Assembly (NCBI RefSeq): GCF_021028975.2
Contig: NC_059438.1
Span: 8,804,001 to 8,868,000, forward strand
DNA from: Sphaerodactylus townsendi
Taxonomy: Eukaryota
DNA: 64,000 nucleotides
Direction: 5' to 3'
How positions within the stretch are numbered: the stretch's first letter is position 1; each line of letters opens with the position of its first letter. Shown here one piece after another: positions 45,740 to 57,935 of the stretch. The notes below the pieces were generated by a model. That model saw only the letters and a list, made by a program, of their open reading frames with translations, did no database searches and was not told the DNA's origin. The position numbers and the translations under genes were made by a program.

Positions 45740-48700
45740 TGTAAGGAATTCCATAGAAGCAGAAATAAAAGGCTCTTTGGTGAAAAAGACCGTTTATTCA
45801 GACATCTTAGAAAGCTCAAGTACACGCAGTGGCAGGAATGACACTTCCGCCAGAAGCACAGGTTATAACTTGTCCATCCCATCCCCTCCCGCTTCCCCAT
45901 GGAACGGAGACCCCTATCTCCTCAAGAGATAAAGTCTCCGCCGATGAAGCTGGCCCATCGCCTCGGCTGTGGAATGTACTCTGGCAATAGGCGGCTGCCC
46001 TTTCCATCAACACCATTGAAACCTTTACACTCTGCCTCCCTTAAAGAAGACCCTCCCCCAGGTTTATGAAAGGCGCTGTGGAAAGCAGAAATAAGGGTGG
46101 GGCGCCAATATTTTCGAATAAACCCATTGATTATACCCAGAGGAATATCCCACCCAAGAGACTAAATATTGCAAAGCGCTATGCATTAAAGCGGTGAGTC
46201 CAGGATGGCGTCAATTTCAGAGTGCTTGTAATGGCCGTAATAATAGCGTCGGTGGGGGTCTCTCCGCTGGTCGTGCCAGGCATCGGGAACGGAGCCTCCT
46301 TGAGTAAACTGGAATGGAAGACAGGATGAATGTTACTAAGAGAGTTAGGCAAATCCAATCGGGCAGTGACATCATTAATCACTTTAGTAATCTGGAAAGG
46401 TCCTGCACGAATCTTTTGCCTAGTTTGGAAAATTTATGCACGCCTCTGAGATTTTGGTAGACAAATACACCCTGCCACGCGAGAGGGAAACTGAAGCGTG
46501 CTTATCCGCTGCAGCTTTTGGGAGTCCTTAGCCTGTTGTAAGGTCTGGACCGATTTCCACCCTCGGCTAGGGATGAAATCCATTGTTGAAACTTGAGGAT
46601 CCAATGCTGTCGCTGGTAGTTGCGTAAACGCGGGAAGGAGCCACCAGACACAATTTCAAAGGGCTTTGTACCTGCTATGAACCGCATTGTTATAGGCGTA
46701 TTCGCGAACGAATGAGCTCGCACTCAATTGTCTTGGTGGTAGTTGGTGTAACAACGTAAATACTGCTCTAGGGTTCTGTTCGTTTTCCTCCGCCTCAATC
46801 GCCACTTTGAACGCGGTAGGGGCGGCGGTCACCGGGCGGCCCCTAACAACCCTAAAAGCCTTCCAGAACTTTGAAATGAATTGGGGCCGCGATCGAGACC
46901 ACCTTAACGGGGCGGAGTGTGTAGACGGTAAACATGTTGAATGAACAGCCGCGGCTAACTTAGGAGCCGAGGGGATGCAGCTAATATGGAATAAAATGGG
47001 CTTGTTTAGAAAATAAGTCCACCACTACCCATAAGACCGCGGTTGCCACATGACTTCCTCGTAAATCTGTAATAAAATCCATGGAGATGACTTCCAGGGC
47101 CGGAGGCCACCGGGAGAGGTTTCAACAGCCCATGGGGCTTTCCCGGAATGTTTTTGGCTTCTGCACAAAACAGAGCAACCTTTTAATATATCACCAATGT
47201 CCTTATGCGATTGCGCCACCAGAACCGACGGGCGCCAAATGCAGAGTTTTCAGAAAGCCAAAATGTCCAGCCGGAAGGGCATCATGGCAGGCTTCAAGAA
47301 CTCTGCTTGGCGGAGGGGAGGCATCGCATTAACACCCTCCGCCAAACTCCATTCTCCAAACGCAATTGAGAGTCACCTTCCTCCGCTGAGGCTCGTGGCA
47401 GCCCCTGCCTCTCGAGTTCCCGTGAGGAAAGTGAGAGACCAGACTGGGAATGGGCGTGAAGGAGGAGTGGACGCCTGAGATCGGGTGACAGCCAGCCCCA
47501 ACTGGGAGGGGAGAGAACAGCGTGGAATGTCCCGCAGGCAGCTCCACCCCTCCTCGGTAGGCGCTGTAGAGCTGCCAGCCAGTTTATTGGTTTTCCCGGG
47601 AAAAATGGACTGTGAAAGAGAAACGAGAAAAGAAATCGCCCAACGGAGTTGTTTCATGACATCTTGAGGGGGGGTGGAGAGAGCGCTGCTTTTTGTGATC
47701 CCACCAAACCTGAAAGGGTGTTTAGCCCCTCCAGCCAGTGTGGCGCCATGGAGAGTGCTACTTTGATGGCCGCAGTGTCTTTATCTCCCACAGTCCAGTT
47801 GAGTTCAGCCACCGAGAATTTCTTTGATAAATAAGCACACGGAACCAGCCTACCATCTTTATTGCAACAGGGCTGCCCTAAGCGCTTTGTCCGAGGCATC
47901 CACGCGGAACCACAAACGGGAGATCTGGGCTAGGGTGCTTTAGGATAGGTTCGTGGTAAAAGCAGACTTTAAGAGCTGAAAGGCTGTTTGACATTCTTCA
48001 GACCAGGAAAGGGGCCCCGCCTATGGCGGATAGTGGATCTTTACCCTTAGTGCGTAAGAGGTCTGGGAGAGGGAGAGTCAGTTCAGCTTAATTGGGGTAT
48101 AAAGTCACGATAGAAATTAGCAAAACCCAGAAAAGATTGGAGTTCTTTGCGGTTGGTGGGGGCAGGCCATTGGAGGACCGCATCAATTTTAGCAGGATCC
48201 ATTTTAAGCCTCGGCTAGATCCGTAACCCAAATAGTCAATAGAGGTCTGGTGGAAACAGCATTTAGAGAGTTTGGCAAAGAGGGAGTTGTTGAGCAAGCT
48301 GCCTAATACTTCCCTAACCAATGCTTCCATGCTCTTCCATGGTTTGTGAATAAATTAAAACGCCATCTAAGCATACCACAACTCCCTTTGTACAATAAAT
48401 CATGGAGAACTTCGTTGATATGGGCCATAAAAGCCCCGGGGCCCCACTTAACCCTAATGGCATTATTAAGCATTCAAACTGTCCAAACTTTGTGTTAAAT
48501 GCAGTCAAGTGTTCATAGCCTTCAGCAATTCTGACCCTGTAGTAAGCTTCTCTCAAGTCTAATTTAGTAAGATGGCCCTTGCCCAATGCATCTAAAAGGT
48601 CCTTTGATCAAAGGCAAAGGGTATTTATTGGACAGGGAGACTGCATTGAGACCTCGGTAATCTGTGCAGAGCGTAGAAGACCCATCTTTCTTTTTTACAA

Positions 48701-49508
48701 ACAAAACAGGAGCAGCTGTGTGTGTTTGGTAGCTCACAGATGAACCTCAAGGAAGCTGCAGGTTCTTGTCCAAGAAGGCACGAAGTTCCTTCTCCTCATT
48801 GGGACTCATACGGTAGATTCTACCTTTGGGCAGTTGGCGGCTAAATGACCTGGCCCTCCGCAATAAAGACACAATCCCAGACGGCGACGGCACTCAGCGG
48901 TGGTCTCGGTAGAGGCGGCTGGGCTAGGCTTGGTGGGCGAGAGTGGCAGGTTTTATGCATGGCCTCCTCGCACGAAGCTTATTCCAAGCGAGACGCCACC
49001 TGGGATCCCAACTGGATCCAATCAGCAATGGTGCGAGGAACCCGAATTAAAAACACCGTTTCACGCAGCTTGCCGTCAACAGCATCCGAGAAGCATTCGC
49101 ATTTCATGCTCAGGCCACTACAGGAGGGAGTCGCAGCAGCCGCCAAGATCGAAATTCACGGGCAAATTCCGCAAACGAGCGGTTGCCCTGCTGGATCGTT
49201 TTAAGGAATTCCTTAATGTAAGGAATTCCATAGAAGCAGAAATAAAAGGCTCTTTGGTGAAAAAGACCGTTTATTCAGACATCTTAGAAAGCTCAAGCAA
49301 GTACAGTGGCAGGAATGACACTTCCCGCCAGAAGCACAGGTTATAACTTGTCCATCCCATCCCCTCCCCGCTTCCCATGGGAACGGAGACCTCATCTCCC
49401 GCGCAGAGATAAAGTCTCCGCCGATGAAGCTGGCCCATCGCCCGGGCTGTGGAATGTACTCAAGGTTAGGCGGCTGCCCTTTCCATCAACACCATTGAAA
49501 CCTTTACA
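45740..49508 (-). mobile_element. Ty3/gypsy chromovirus-type (sushi/Tf1-like) LTR element, internally deleted, nested in the copia gag
   Basis: LTRs 45740-46029 and 49217-49508 (TGTAAGG...CCTTTACA), PPT 46030-46043, ~4-bp TSD CGAG / C(T)GAG. Gag remnant (LKTIQQGNRSFAEFAREF), CLYCGGPGHLAANC knuckle, RT ([25 protein letters not shown]), RNase H, integrase, and chromodomain (EIDAILDS...QYLVSWVGY...NQW). Confidence 0.93.
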
Positions 49509-50265
49509 CTGAGAGGTGCAAAAGTCTCTGGTAGAGTTAGAAATAATGCAGACTGCTTATCTAGATCAGACATTTCCTGGCGTTCATTTTTAAGAGCAGT
49601 GAAACATTGCTGAAGTTTTTGCAGGTGATTCATGAAAGGTGTCCCTTCTTGGTACCTTAGTAAATATAGTCTGCGCTTTAAAACATGGACATTAGACCAG
49701 CCTCCCCGATTGTACAGTCTGGCTAAAGTGTCCAGCATCTCTTTAGAAGAAGTCATATCAATTATGTGTGAAAGCGGGGCTGAACTCACGGGTTGAGATG
49801 ATAAAGCACAGGCACGAGAGTTTGATTTCTTCCGCCGCTTTTGCTGCCTCGTTGCAGCATTTCCTGGTGGGTGTCATTCAAAACGCGTGAATGAGGTCTT
49901 CTAAGTATCAGAAGAGCTGCAATCTCGCCAGCCACTCTGAAAAGCTCGAAGTCTTCCGTCAAAATCATCAGAGGAAGTCAGCCCATCGAGAAGAGAAGTC
50001 ATCTTTGTAGTCAATGGCTCAAGTCGCGTAAGCCAGTACAAAAGAAAAGTTTGTCAAAAATCCCTAGAGACTGCACTCTAAGCCTCTGGGAAACTAGCAG
50101 AAACTTAACTCCGTCAGTGCCAAGCTCTTTCACGCACAGGTAAAAAACAAAGGTTGGGATCTCAATCACCAAAGTAAAAAGAAAAATATGGGCTAAACAA
50201 CCATTGGCACAATAACTTGTTGAATGCCTGGGCCCATTAACCTGTTGAATGCTGGGCCCATAACC

Positions 50266-50778
50266 TGTTGGGATAAGTGCTCCTGGTAGTTGGAGATTAT
50301 CTCTTAATCGTAGTTAGCAGAGCGGCACGGGTGGCTAGAACACAGCAGAAGCCTTACCTCGTGGTGCGCAAGGTGCTGATGAGTCCCAATGTGCAAGCTT
50401 ACACAAAAGAAAGTCGGAGTCAGTTATAGTTTCTTATCTAATAAAAAGAGTATTTATTAGTGAACTCCATTCTGGATAGAAAGGTAGGTAGATAGAGTCA
50501 CTATGCTATCTTAATCTAGCTGGATGGAGATGGATGCGAGGAGCATCCATCCTCTCTCTAGGCATGGTAGGAAGAAGTGGGGTGAGAAGGGGTCGAGGAA
50601 GAAGCCGGAAGGAAGGAAGTCCCTGAGAGTATCAGTCTAACATCAAAGGGATAGAACCAGCATGATAGAGTAAAGGTGTCAAATCCCTAGGTCCCTATCT
50701 AGCCATTAGCTCTCTAGTAAAAACCCCCTCTGTAGGTTGAGGCAGGAAACAGCGTAACAAAGTCCTTCACTTCCAACA
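50266..50778 (-). repeat. copia 5' LTR
   Basis: Direct repeat of 41818-42345, immediately followed (minus strand) by the PBS. Confidence 0.93.
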
Positions 50779-53424
50779 AAGACATCCCCTGAAAATAAGA
50801 CATAGCACATCTTTGGGAGCAAAAATTAATATAAGACACTGTCTTATTTTCGGGGAAACACGGTAGTTAATATATAGATCACAGTCCTGGTCCCTATTGC
50901 TTTTGCCTTTGTTTTTTAAAAAGTGCTTTGCCAGAAAACTCTATTTTAAGTAGTGTGCAGAATAGGAGCCTTTCTTCTAGTTGTTGAAACAGTGAACTGT
51001 TCATGCAACGAGGGAATGATAAAGTTCTGTAATTTGAAACAGGGTATTCCCACCAAGAACACCTATAATACCATCTGTAATTAAAACTCTCCACAGCTCA
51101 TTCGGATTTTTGGGGGGAGTACTTTAGAAGCCAAGATTGTGAAGAATTTTCTGTACCTAGTCCTGGAGGAAAAATTGGTTCTCTGCTAATTCTTAGTCTT
51201 TATTGCAGCTTCTGCATTTGAAATCTAGTGATGGTCAGTGTCCAGTTCAGGGGTGTAGTGAGAGGGATGGGGGGGGGGCTTTTGCCCTGGGTGCCATGTG
51301 CCTGGGGGCACCTCGGCCACAGTCCCCCACTGCAACCCCCCCCCCACCATGGTGCCTTTAAAATGCACCTAACTTCTATCCGAGTCTGTCAAGGCTGGTA
51401 AGGCACTGAGGGCACGTTAAAGACTAGGGAAGGAGGGAGGGAGGAGCATGTATAGCACATTGAGTGCATTGTGGAAAGAGTGGGATGAAAACATACCATA
51501 TAAATAAGGTTTCCCCCCCCAAAAAAATTGGTCTTTTACAATTTGTAGTAATTTGACCCTCTAATATACACTTGCTATTTGTGCCTTAATGAAGTACTGA
51601 GAGGTCCCGTTCAATGCCTTGCGGCTAGGCCATGGGAGCAGCTTGCTTTTCTTTGAGGCAGGCCCTTTTTCCAATTAGTGTGATGAGAGATTATATTGAA
51701 TTTCACGAACTCCTGCTCCAGTTCTGTTGGCTCTCTTCCTGTGTCTCGGTAAGTGGCCTGGAACTTGTTTTCAGGGCCTCAAGTGACTGGCAGAGAAAAG
51801 CTGGCACCACAATGGGAGGGAAAAGAGAAAGGCCAACAATGGCTGGGGTATGTGTTACAGTCTACCCTCCATTTTGTTGGGCTGAGTGATTTTTCTGACA
51901 GGGTGGCATGTGAGGAGAACAGGACTCCTGCTCCCCCCCCCCCCCATCTTTTTCTTGAGCCTAAAGAATCTGCACTGGGGAGTTATGAAGCGGCCATTTT
52001 GTGTGAGTAGGGCAACATGCTTATTTTCCAGCTTAGTCTGCATAACTGGATACCCAATTTTTTTGATGAGTGTGTGTTTGTATGTGCCCAAGTGGGAAAA
52101 TATACATGTTGTCCTATTCCCCAAATGACCACTGTGTGTGGTTAGATCCTCACAACTGCAACTTCTGAAAAGGGCTACACACAAAATGCATGTTGTATGA
52201 CCAGCATGAGTTGGTAAGATATCAGGGTACTGCAGTCTTCCAGGGCATCATTCAAAAAACATAACTCAGATCTTCTCCAATGTTGTTCTGTACTCATGTT
52301 TTAAATCACAGGTATTGCAATGTTGCACTGTACTCACATTTTTAATTGCAGGTATTTATATTAATCTGAAGGGAAGGGGGCATGATATAGCCCAAGCTTG
52401 TCAGATCTCACCTGCCAATTAAGGTACTTGGAAGGGAGACTTCTAAAGAAGGCTTTGCAGAGGAAAGCAATGACAAACTACCTCTGCTTCTCAGTTGCCT
52501 TGAAAGCCCCTTGCTGGTATCACCATAAATCGACTGTATGCACATGCATTCATGCTCATCATGTGTATTCTTGTGTAGCTTTTAAAACCTTTGCAGAGTT
52601 CAGTGGCTGGTTAGACAAAATATATAGCACCACCTTTAAACTTGACAGATCATTAGAAGAAAGAATAGCTTTAATTCTCTTTTAGTCTCAAGCAAGGGCC
52701 AAGCTTAGCCTCAGACTTTGCTTTGAGAAACTAATGATTGATATAAAAAAGTATTCCAAGTTGCAACTAATGGCTCAATTTCTATGAACTTATGAGAAGT
52801 ACAGAGATGTAACATCCATTGTGGTACTCCTGGTTTGCACCAGATGGCAGTGTGGACTCAAACTTGGGTTGTTTGTGCCGAGTTCCAAGCTATGTGCTAC
52901 TACTCTTACTGATCTGGGAACACAGAAGCTGCTTTCTGCAGCTATCACACTGTTCCCTCTCACCACTACTTGCAACCAAAACAGCACAGCATTGCAAAAA
53001 CTCCAGTGATCTAGTTCAGATTTAAAAATGAAGAGGGGGTCCATTCTGGGGTCCTCTTTGACGACTGATTTGATTCAATGTGAGCATTATCTTGAGAGTT
53101 AATAAGAGGTTCTTGGGCCAGAGTGTGGATTTATTTCCTGAGTTTTATTTTCATTCATTTGTGATCCATTCCAGTCTGTACTGAGCACGCCCTCTACATC
53201 TGCAAACAATGTATACTGTGCTATGGCAATCATTTAACAAGAGGATTTTTCTGAGGGGAGAAGACTATCCAGTGATACATCAGTGCTACCTTAATGATGC
53301 CATCTACAGCCTAAGTCCACAAGGATCCAAAGGGGCTGGATCCATCGTTAGCTAAGTGCATCAGTCATCACTTGCTGCTGCCTCCTCTATGCTTTTCTCT
53401 GTCACTGTTGAACTGTGCCCACAC

Positions 53425-53810
53425 CATGTGGAGTTCAGGAGTGGGGTGCACAGTTCATGGCTGGGTTCAGCCACGTCCAGCTTAAAATTGCAGGCACCAC
53501 CTCCAAAGCCTGGTCAGGCTGAGGTCAGCCTGGAACTGAAGGCTTGACCTGGCTGGGTCCAGCTTTATACTGCTGGCTCCGCCTCCAAGGCCATGTGACT
53601 TCAGAGGAGGAACTTAGGAGGTGGAGCCAGCAGTATAAAACTAGACCCAGGCGTGAGCAGAGCCCAAAGTTCAAGGCTGGGCTTGGCCTGACTGGGTCCA
53701 GTTTTAAACTGTAGACTTTGGAGGTAGAGTCTGCAATTTAAAGCTGGACCTGGCCAAGCCCAGACTTGAACTGTGCAGTGTGCCCTCCTTGCCTCCCAGT
53801 ACTCCATATG
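53425..53810. repeat. Degenerate palindromic (MITE-like) element
   Basis: Nested inverted arms, e.g. GTCCAGCTTAAAATTGCAG / CTGCAATTTAAAGCTGGAC and TTTATACTGCTGGCTCC / GGAGCCAGCAGTATAAA. Confidence 0.6.
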
Positions 53811-54418
53811 TCCTGTATTCAGTGCTTTCGGAAATGGTGAAAGTTCCTGCATTGATGTGGCATTGAATTACTCACCCGCAGAGAACTACTACTGTACCTA
53901 GTGGTCACAGCATTCTACGGAGGAAGAGCTCACAAAAACATGAAGATGTCCAGCTACTGTAACCACCAATTAAGTCCTTCATGTATGCTGGCAGTCAAGG
54001 ACTGTATCTTTAAATTCAATCTGTGTTTCATTACACAGTCACAACATAAAGAATTCTTAGATCTTATTGTTCCCATGTATATAACTGTAGTTTCTATATA
54101 TGCATATTGTTAGTGGTTGTACTTTTTGCAACTTTTTGTATTTATTTATGTTTATAGCTGTTCTAGACAGCAGTGCACTTTATTTCACTTTCCGATTCAC
54201 TTAGTAAATTAGTAAGTATCAAAATTTGTGTATTTGTGTTCTTAAGCAGCAGGACTGCTGGTGTTCTTTGTTTATTGTTAATAGCTATTCAATAGGCTTG
54301 AGTCCCTTTCAGAAGGGGCACGCCTAAATGAGTAAATAAAAGGGAAAAGCTCAAGGGCCTCCAAAACGGATATATGGTAAAAGTTCTCTGAGAAGGAGAT
54401 GCAGTCATCGATCTAACC

Positions 54419-54947
54419 CAGTGGTGGCGAACCTATGGCACGGGTGCCAGAGGTGGCACTCAGAGCCCTCTCTGTGGGCATGCATGCACAGAGTACATCA
54501 TGTGATAATAGTGTAATTATTTCAGGGAGATTATTAGCATTAAACCTAAGACCTAGTTTTGGGGAAGCAGTGTAGGTAACCCTGTTAAGCCCTACTGATT
54601 TTCATGGAAAGAACTGAAGTGTGATCCTTTACCTGTGAGTAAGCTCGGTTGCTGGCAATGGGGCTTGCTTCTGAGTAAACCCTCCTAGGGTCATGATTCA
54701 CCCGTTCGAAGCGTTGCACAGTTGCTTCAAAGCAAAGCCACCGACGATCACCAAGCTTACTCACGAGTAATGTGCGCCTTGGAGCAAACTGTTTTTTCTA
54801 TACTATTTATTTATTTATTTTTTCAATTTATAGACCGTCCCATCCCCAAGTATTCAGGTTAAATTGCCATGTTGGCACTTTGCTATAAATAAGTGGATTT
54901 TGGGTTGCAGTTTGGGCACTCGGTCTTGAAAAGGTTTGCCATCACTG
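54419..54947 (+). mobile_element. Non-autonomous hAT element
   Basis: TIR CAGTGGTGGCGAACCT / AGGTTTGCCATCACTG, perfect TSD ATCTAACC. Confidence 0.88.
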
Positions 54948-57340
54948 ATCTAACCCCTTCCTACCTCTGCAGGTGCTGTTCAGTGGCCATGTACATTAGA
55001 AGTGATAACTGATAGACTATTTGGCCTTTGCTACACCTAGGCTTGGGGTCTGGGGACTCCCTTCTTCTAAGGATATGTTGTTGGAATGCTTTTTGGAATC
55101 TCCCAGGCTTCAAGCCCAACCCTGCTCTGGAATTCAGGGCTGAACTTCACTGGGGACAGATACAGCACAGCGCCTGCATTCTCTGGAGATGCATTTTCAG
55201 GCCGTTGACGAGGCAGCCAACATAGCCGCATGGCAGCTCAGCTGCTGTCGCATTCAGACTTCAGAAATGCTTTGGTGGTTGTTGTTTTTTTGAAAAAAAC
55301 CTGGATGGGCGGGGGGGTGAAAACAGGTGTTGACTTGTAAAAAGAGTCCTCATTCATAAAGGCTTTTTGTCACTTCTTCAGTTGTGACAACTCAGATGCC
55401 ACAGGAAAGCAGGTGGCCAGGGAGTGTTTGAGGGGGCGTAAGAACTGGGACACACAGAGGGGGCCTCTGAGCCAAAAATGAGCTCGTGATTGCTGTCTGA
55501 TGGGTATCAAAGTCAGTGAAAGTTACATTCGTGATCCTCGAACAAGAGGTAGTACAGAGAAGGACAGAGGCTAGTCCTTATCACAAAGCGAACCATGCAT
55601 CATGTCTATGGCTATTTCCACAGGGGGATTTCCCCACTAGGCATTGGAAAGCCCTGCAGTCAATGAAAGCATCCAGATGATGTTGGGTTCAATTTGGTTA
55701 CAACTAATACAACTTCCATTCCCACCCCATTTGGGCTCTGGGGGTGATAGCAGAGCTTACCCTGACAGTAAGAAAATGGCGGGTGAGATGTTGGGCTGGC
55801 GGGTGGACACCTTGACTCTCACAAGACTCAGCCATTTTGTGGTAGCCTACAAGTGGCTGGCAAACTGTCCATCAAGCCCTGCTGGCCTTGGACTGGCTCT
55901 TCAGCTTTCCTGGCCCTTCCCCTTGATTGCAGCCTGGTTGGGGCTGTGCTGGCCCTGCCCCACTCCCTAAGGCTGCTGAGAATTGCTGATTGCAGCGTGG
56001 TCAGGGCTGTGTTGGCTCCAACCTTTCCCCTGGAACTTCTGAGGCTTGCTCTTGCTGCTCAGACCCTCCTGCCAGTCTTCTGCAGTTTCTCCCAGCTTCT
56101 GGCTCCCTGGAGTTTCTGCTCCTGCTGGTAAGTCCAAGGCCAGGGCTGCCAGATGTGGGATGCTCCAAAGTCCTTGTGTGGGCATCTGTGAAAAGGGGGT
56201 GGAACAGGCTGCTAGGTGCTGGGAGGCAGCCCCATCCCTGTACAACTCACAATAACTAAAATATTGAGGTGAATTCTCAGGACTGCTAATAAAGGACCTA
56301 TCTCCCCAAGTCAGCCATTTTGTGATAATACCTACTATCTATTAGTGCCCAGAGGTTCAACAAAGTTAACCTCTGAACATTTATATTTTAACAGTTCCAA
56401 ATGAAATCTTCAAGAACAGACTTGTTCAGGTAAAGTGCTTGAAGTGAAGTACGCATCCAATTTGCCTATTAATAACATTCACTTTAGTGACTTGTGAATA
56501 TTGCAATGTCCTCAGGGCTTGAATGACACTGTTAATATCTATACAATCAGTTAGCCCAGGGGTAGGGAACCTGCGGCTCTCCAGATGTTCAGGAACTACA
56601 ATTCCCATCAGCCTCTGTCAGCATGGCCAATTGGCCTGAGTTAGCTGGAATGTTCTCCTTACCATTTTTATGACCTCTTGTTTTTCTAGCAGACATCTGC
56701 TGCTAGAACCTGGCGTTTCACAAAAAGATATCCAGTGCGAGAGATTCTGTGGCCTGTTTTGCTGACAGGATTTATTTTTCCACTTCTGCCCTCCAGGGTC
56801 AATCCTCACAAGCTGCTATGTGGGAAAATGAAAAGCAAGCTTGGATATATACCGGCCCCAAACCTTCAGTGAACGTTTGATCTCAAATCCCTGCAGCAGG
56901 CTGCACGTACATGATTTTCCAGGGCAAAATCGGAATTCCTAGGGCACTGTTTTTATATGGAGAAAAGATGAAGGTGATGATGAAGGTGTTGGCTGACTAC
57001 CTTGTCTGTGACCTGATCCTGCATAAAAAGATGGAGTCTTTCTTGTATGTGGGTTTTTCCAGGGTGTCAAATAGCACCTCCCAAGATTGTTTCTGTTTTG
57101 GAAAATGGCGCCTGGGGCAGGAAGAGGAGATGTATGCCATGAGGGTTGCTAGGTCTTCCCTGCCCACTGGCAGGAGATGGGGGATGGGGTTGTCAGCTCA
57201 AGGTTGGAAAACTTCTGTTGATTTTGGGATGGAGCCTGAGGAAAACAGAGGGAAACAATGCAACAGAGTCTATCCTCCAAACCAGCCATTTTCTCCAGGG
57301 GAACTGGTTTCTGTAATTCTGGGAGATGTAATTCTGGGAG

Positions 57341-57433
57341 ATCATAGAATCATAGAGTTGGAAGAGACCCCCAAGGGCCAGCAAATCCAACCCCCTGCAA
57401 TGCAGGAACACATGATCAAAGCACTCCTGACAG
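57341..57433 (-). mobile_element. CR1 LINE 3' end
   Basis: ATCATAGAATCATAGA tail and GTTGGAAGAGACCCCCAAGG; similar fragment at 17300-17625 (+). Confidence 0.75.
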
Positions 57434-57752
57434 ATCCCCAGGTCTCATCTGGAGGCTGGCATCCCTGTGTGCCACAGTCACTTTCTGATTCAAGCACCGT
57501 ACATGGGAACTGAGAAGAACTTGCAGCTGACATCTGACAGTAATATCTCACAAAAGGTGGAGACCACAGCCTAGACCCAACCTGTGTAGTCCGTGTGTGT
57601 GTGGGCAATTGCAAGGCAAGAAGCCTTTCCCCATCTGATCCTCTGCCTACCTCCTTGCTCATTTGTTATTCTAAGGTTCTCAGACCAGAGTCTTTTGCTG
57701 AATCTCAACTTAACCTTAATTAGAAATGGCTATCAAAATCCTACCTTATTTT

Positions 57753-57935
57753 GCTAGCCTGGTCTCATCAGATTTTGGAAGCTAAGAAGGGTCAGCCCTG
57801 ATTAGTACTTGGGCGGGAGACCACCAAGGAAGTCCAGGGTTACTATGCAATGGCAAACCACCTCTGAATGTCTCTTGTCTCGAAAACCCCATGAGACTGC
57901 CATCTCGGCTTGTGACTTGACGACACTTTCCACCA
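57753..57935 (+). mobile_element. 5S rRNA-derived SINE with Sauria/BovB-like tail
   Basis: Same structure as 39511-39718; partial copies at ~24185-24280, 37008-37700 and 52375-52530. Confidence 0.8.

Larger units (their letters stand above)
41818..50778 (-). mobile_element. Ty1/copia LTR retrotransposon, degenerate, interrupted by a gypsy element
   Basis: LTRs 50266-50778 (5') and 41818-~42345 (3'), outer ends TG...CA, 5-bp TSD AAGAC (41813-41817 / 50779-50783). PBS GGTTATGGGCCCAG 50265-50252, PPT 42354-42346. Order gag - Zn knuckle (CNKCQQPGHKANRC) - protease (IDSGAS) - integrase (WHQRLGH, HSDICGP, FIDDYSR, QNGTSER) - RT - RNase H (STTEAEY, YEDNQ). Confidence 0.96.
41666..50863. mobile_element. 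Tc1/mariner-pogo (Tc2-like) MITE split by the copia insertion (41666-41817 + 50779-50863)
   Basis: TIRs CCCTGTTTCCCCGAATATAAGAC and GTCTTATTTTCGGGGAAACACGG, each flanked by TA. Confidence 0.85.

Noticed and set aside
45740-46029. Segmental duplication or assembly repeat inside the copia element
   Set aside because: Explained as gypsy LTRs (TG...CA ends, PPT, TSD)
50213-50270. CRISPR-like repeat-spacer array
   Set aside because: Eukaryotic context, only two units with near-identical spacers; these are PBS duplications
56911-57513. 200-aa ORF
   Set aside because: Runs through MITE and CR1 fragments; no recognisable domain
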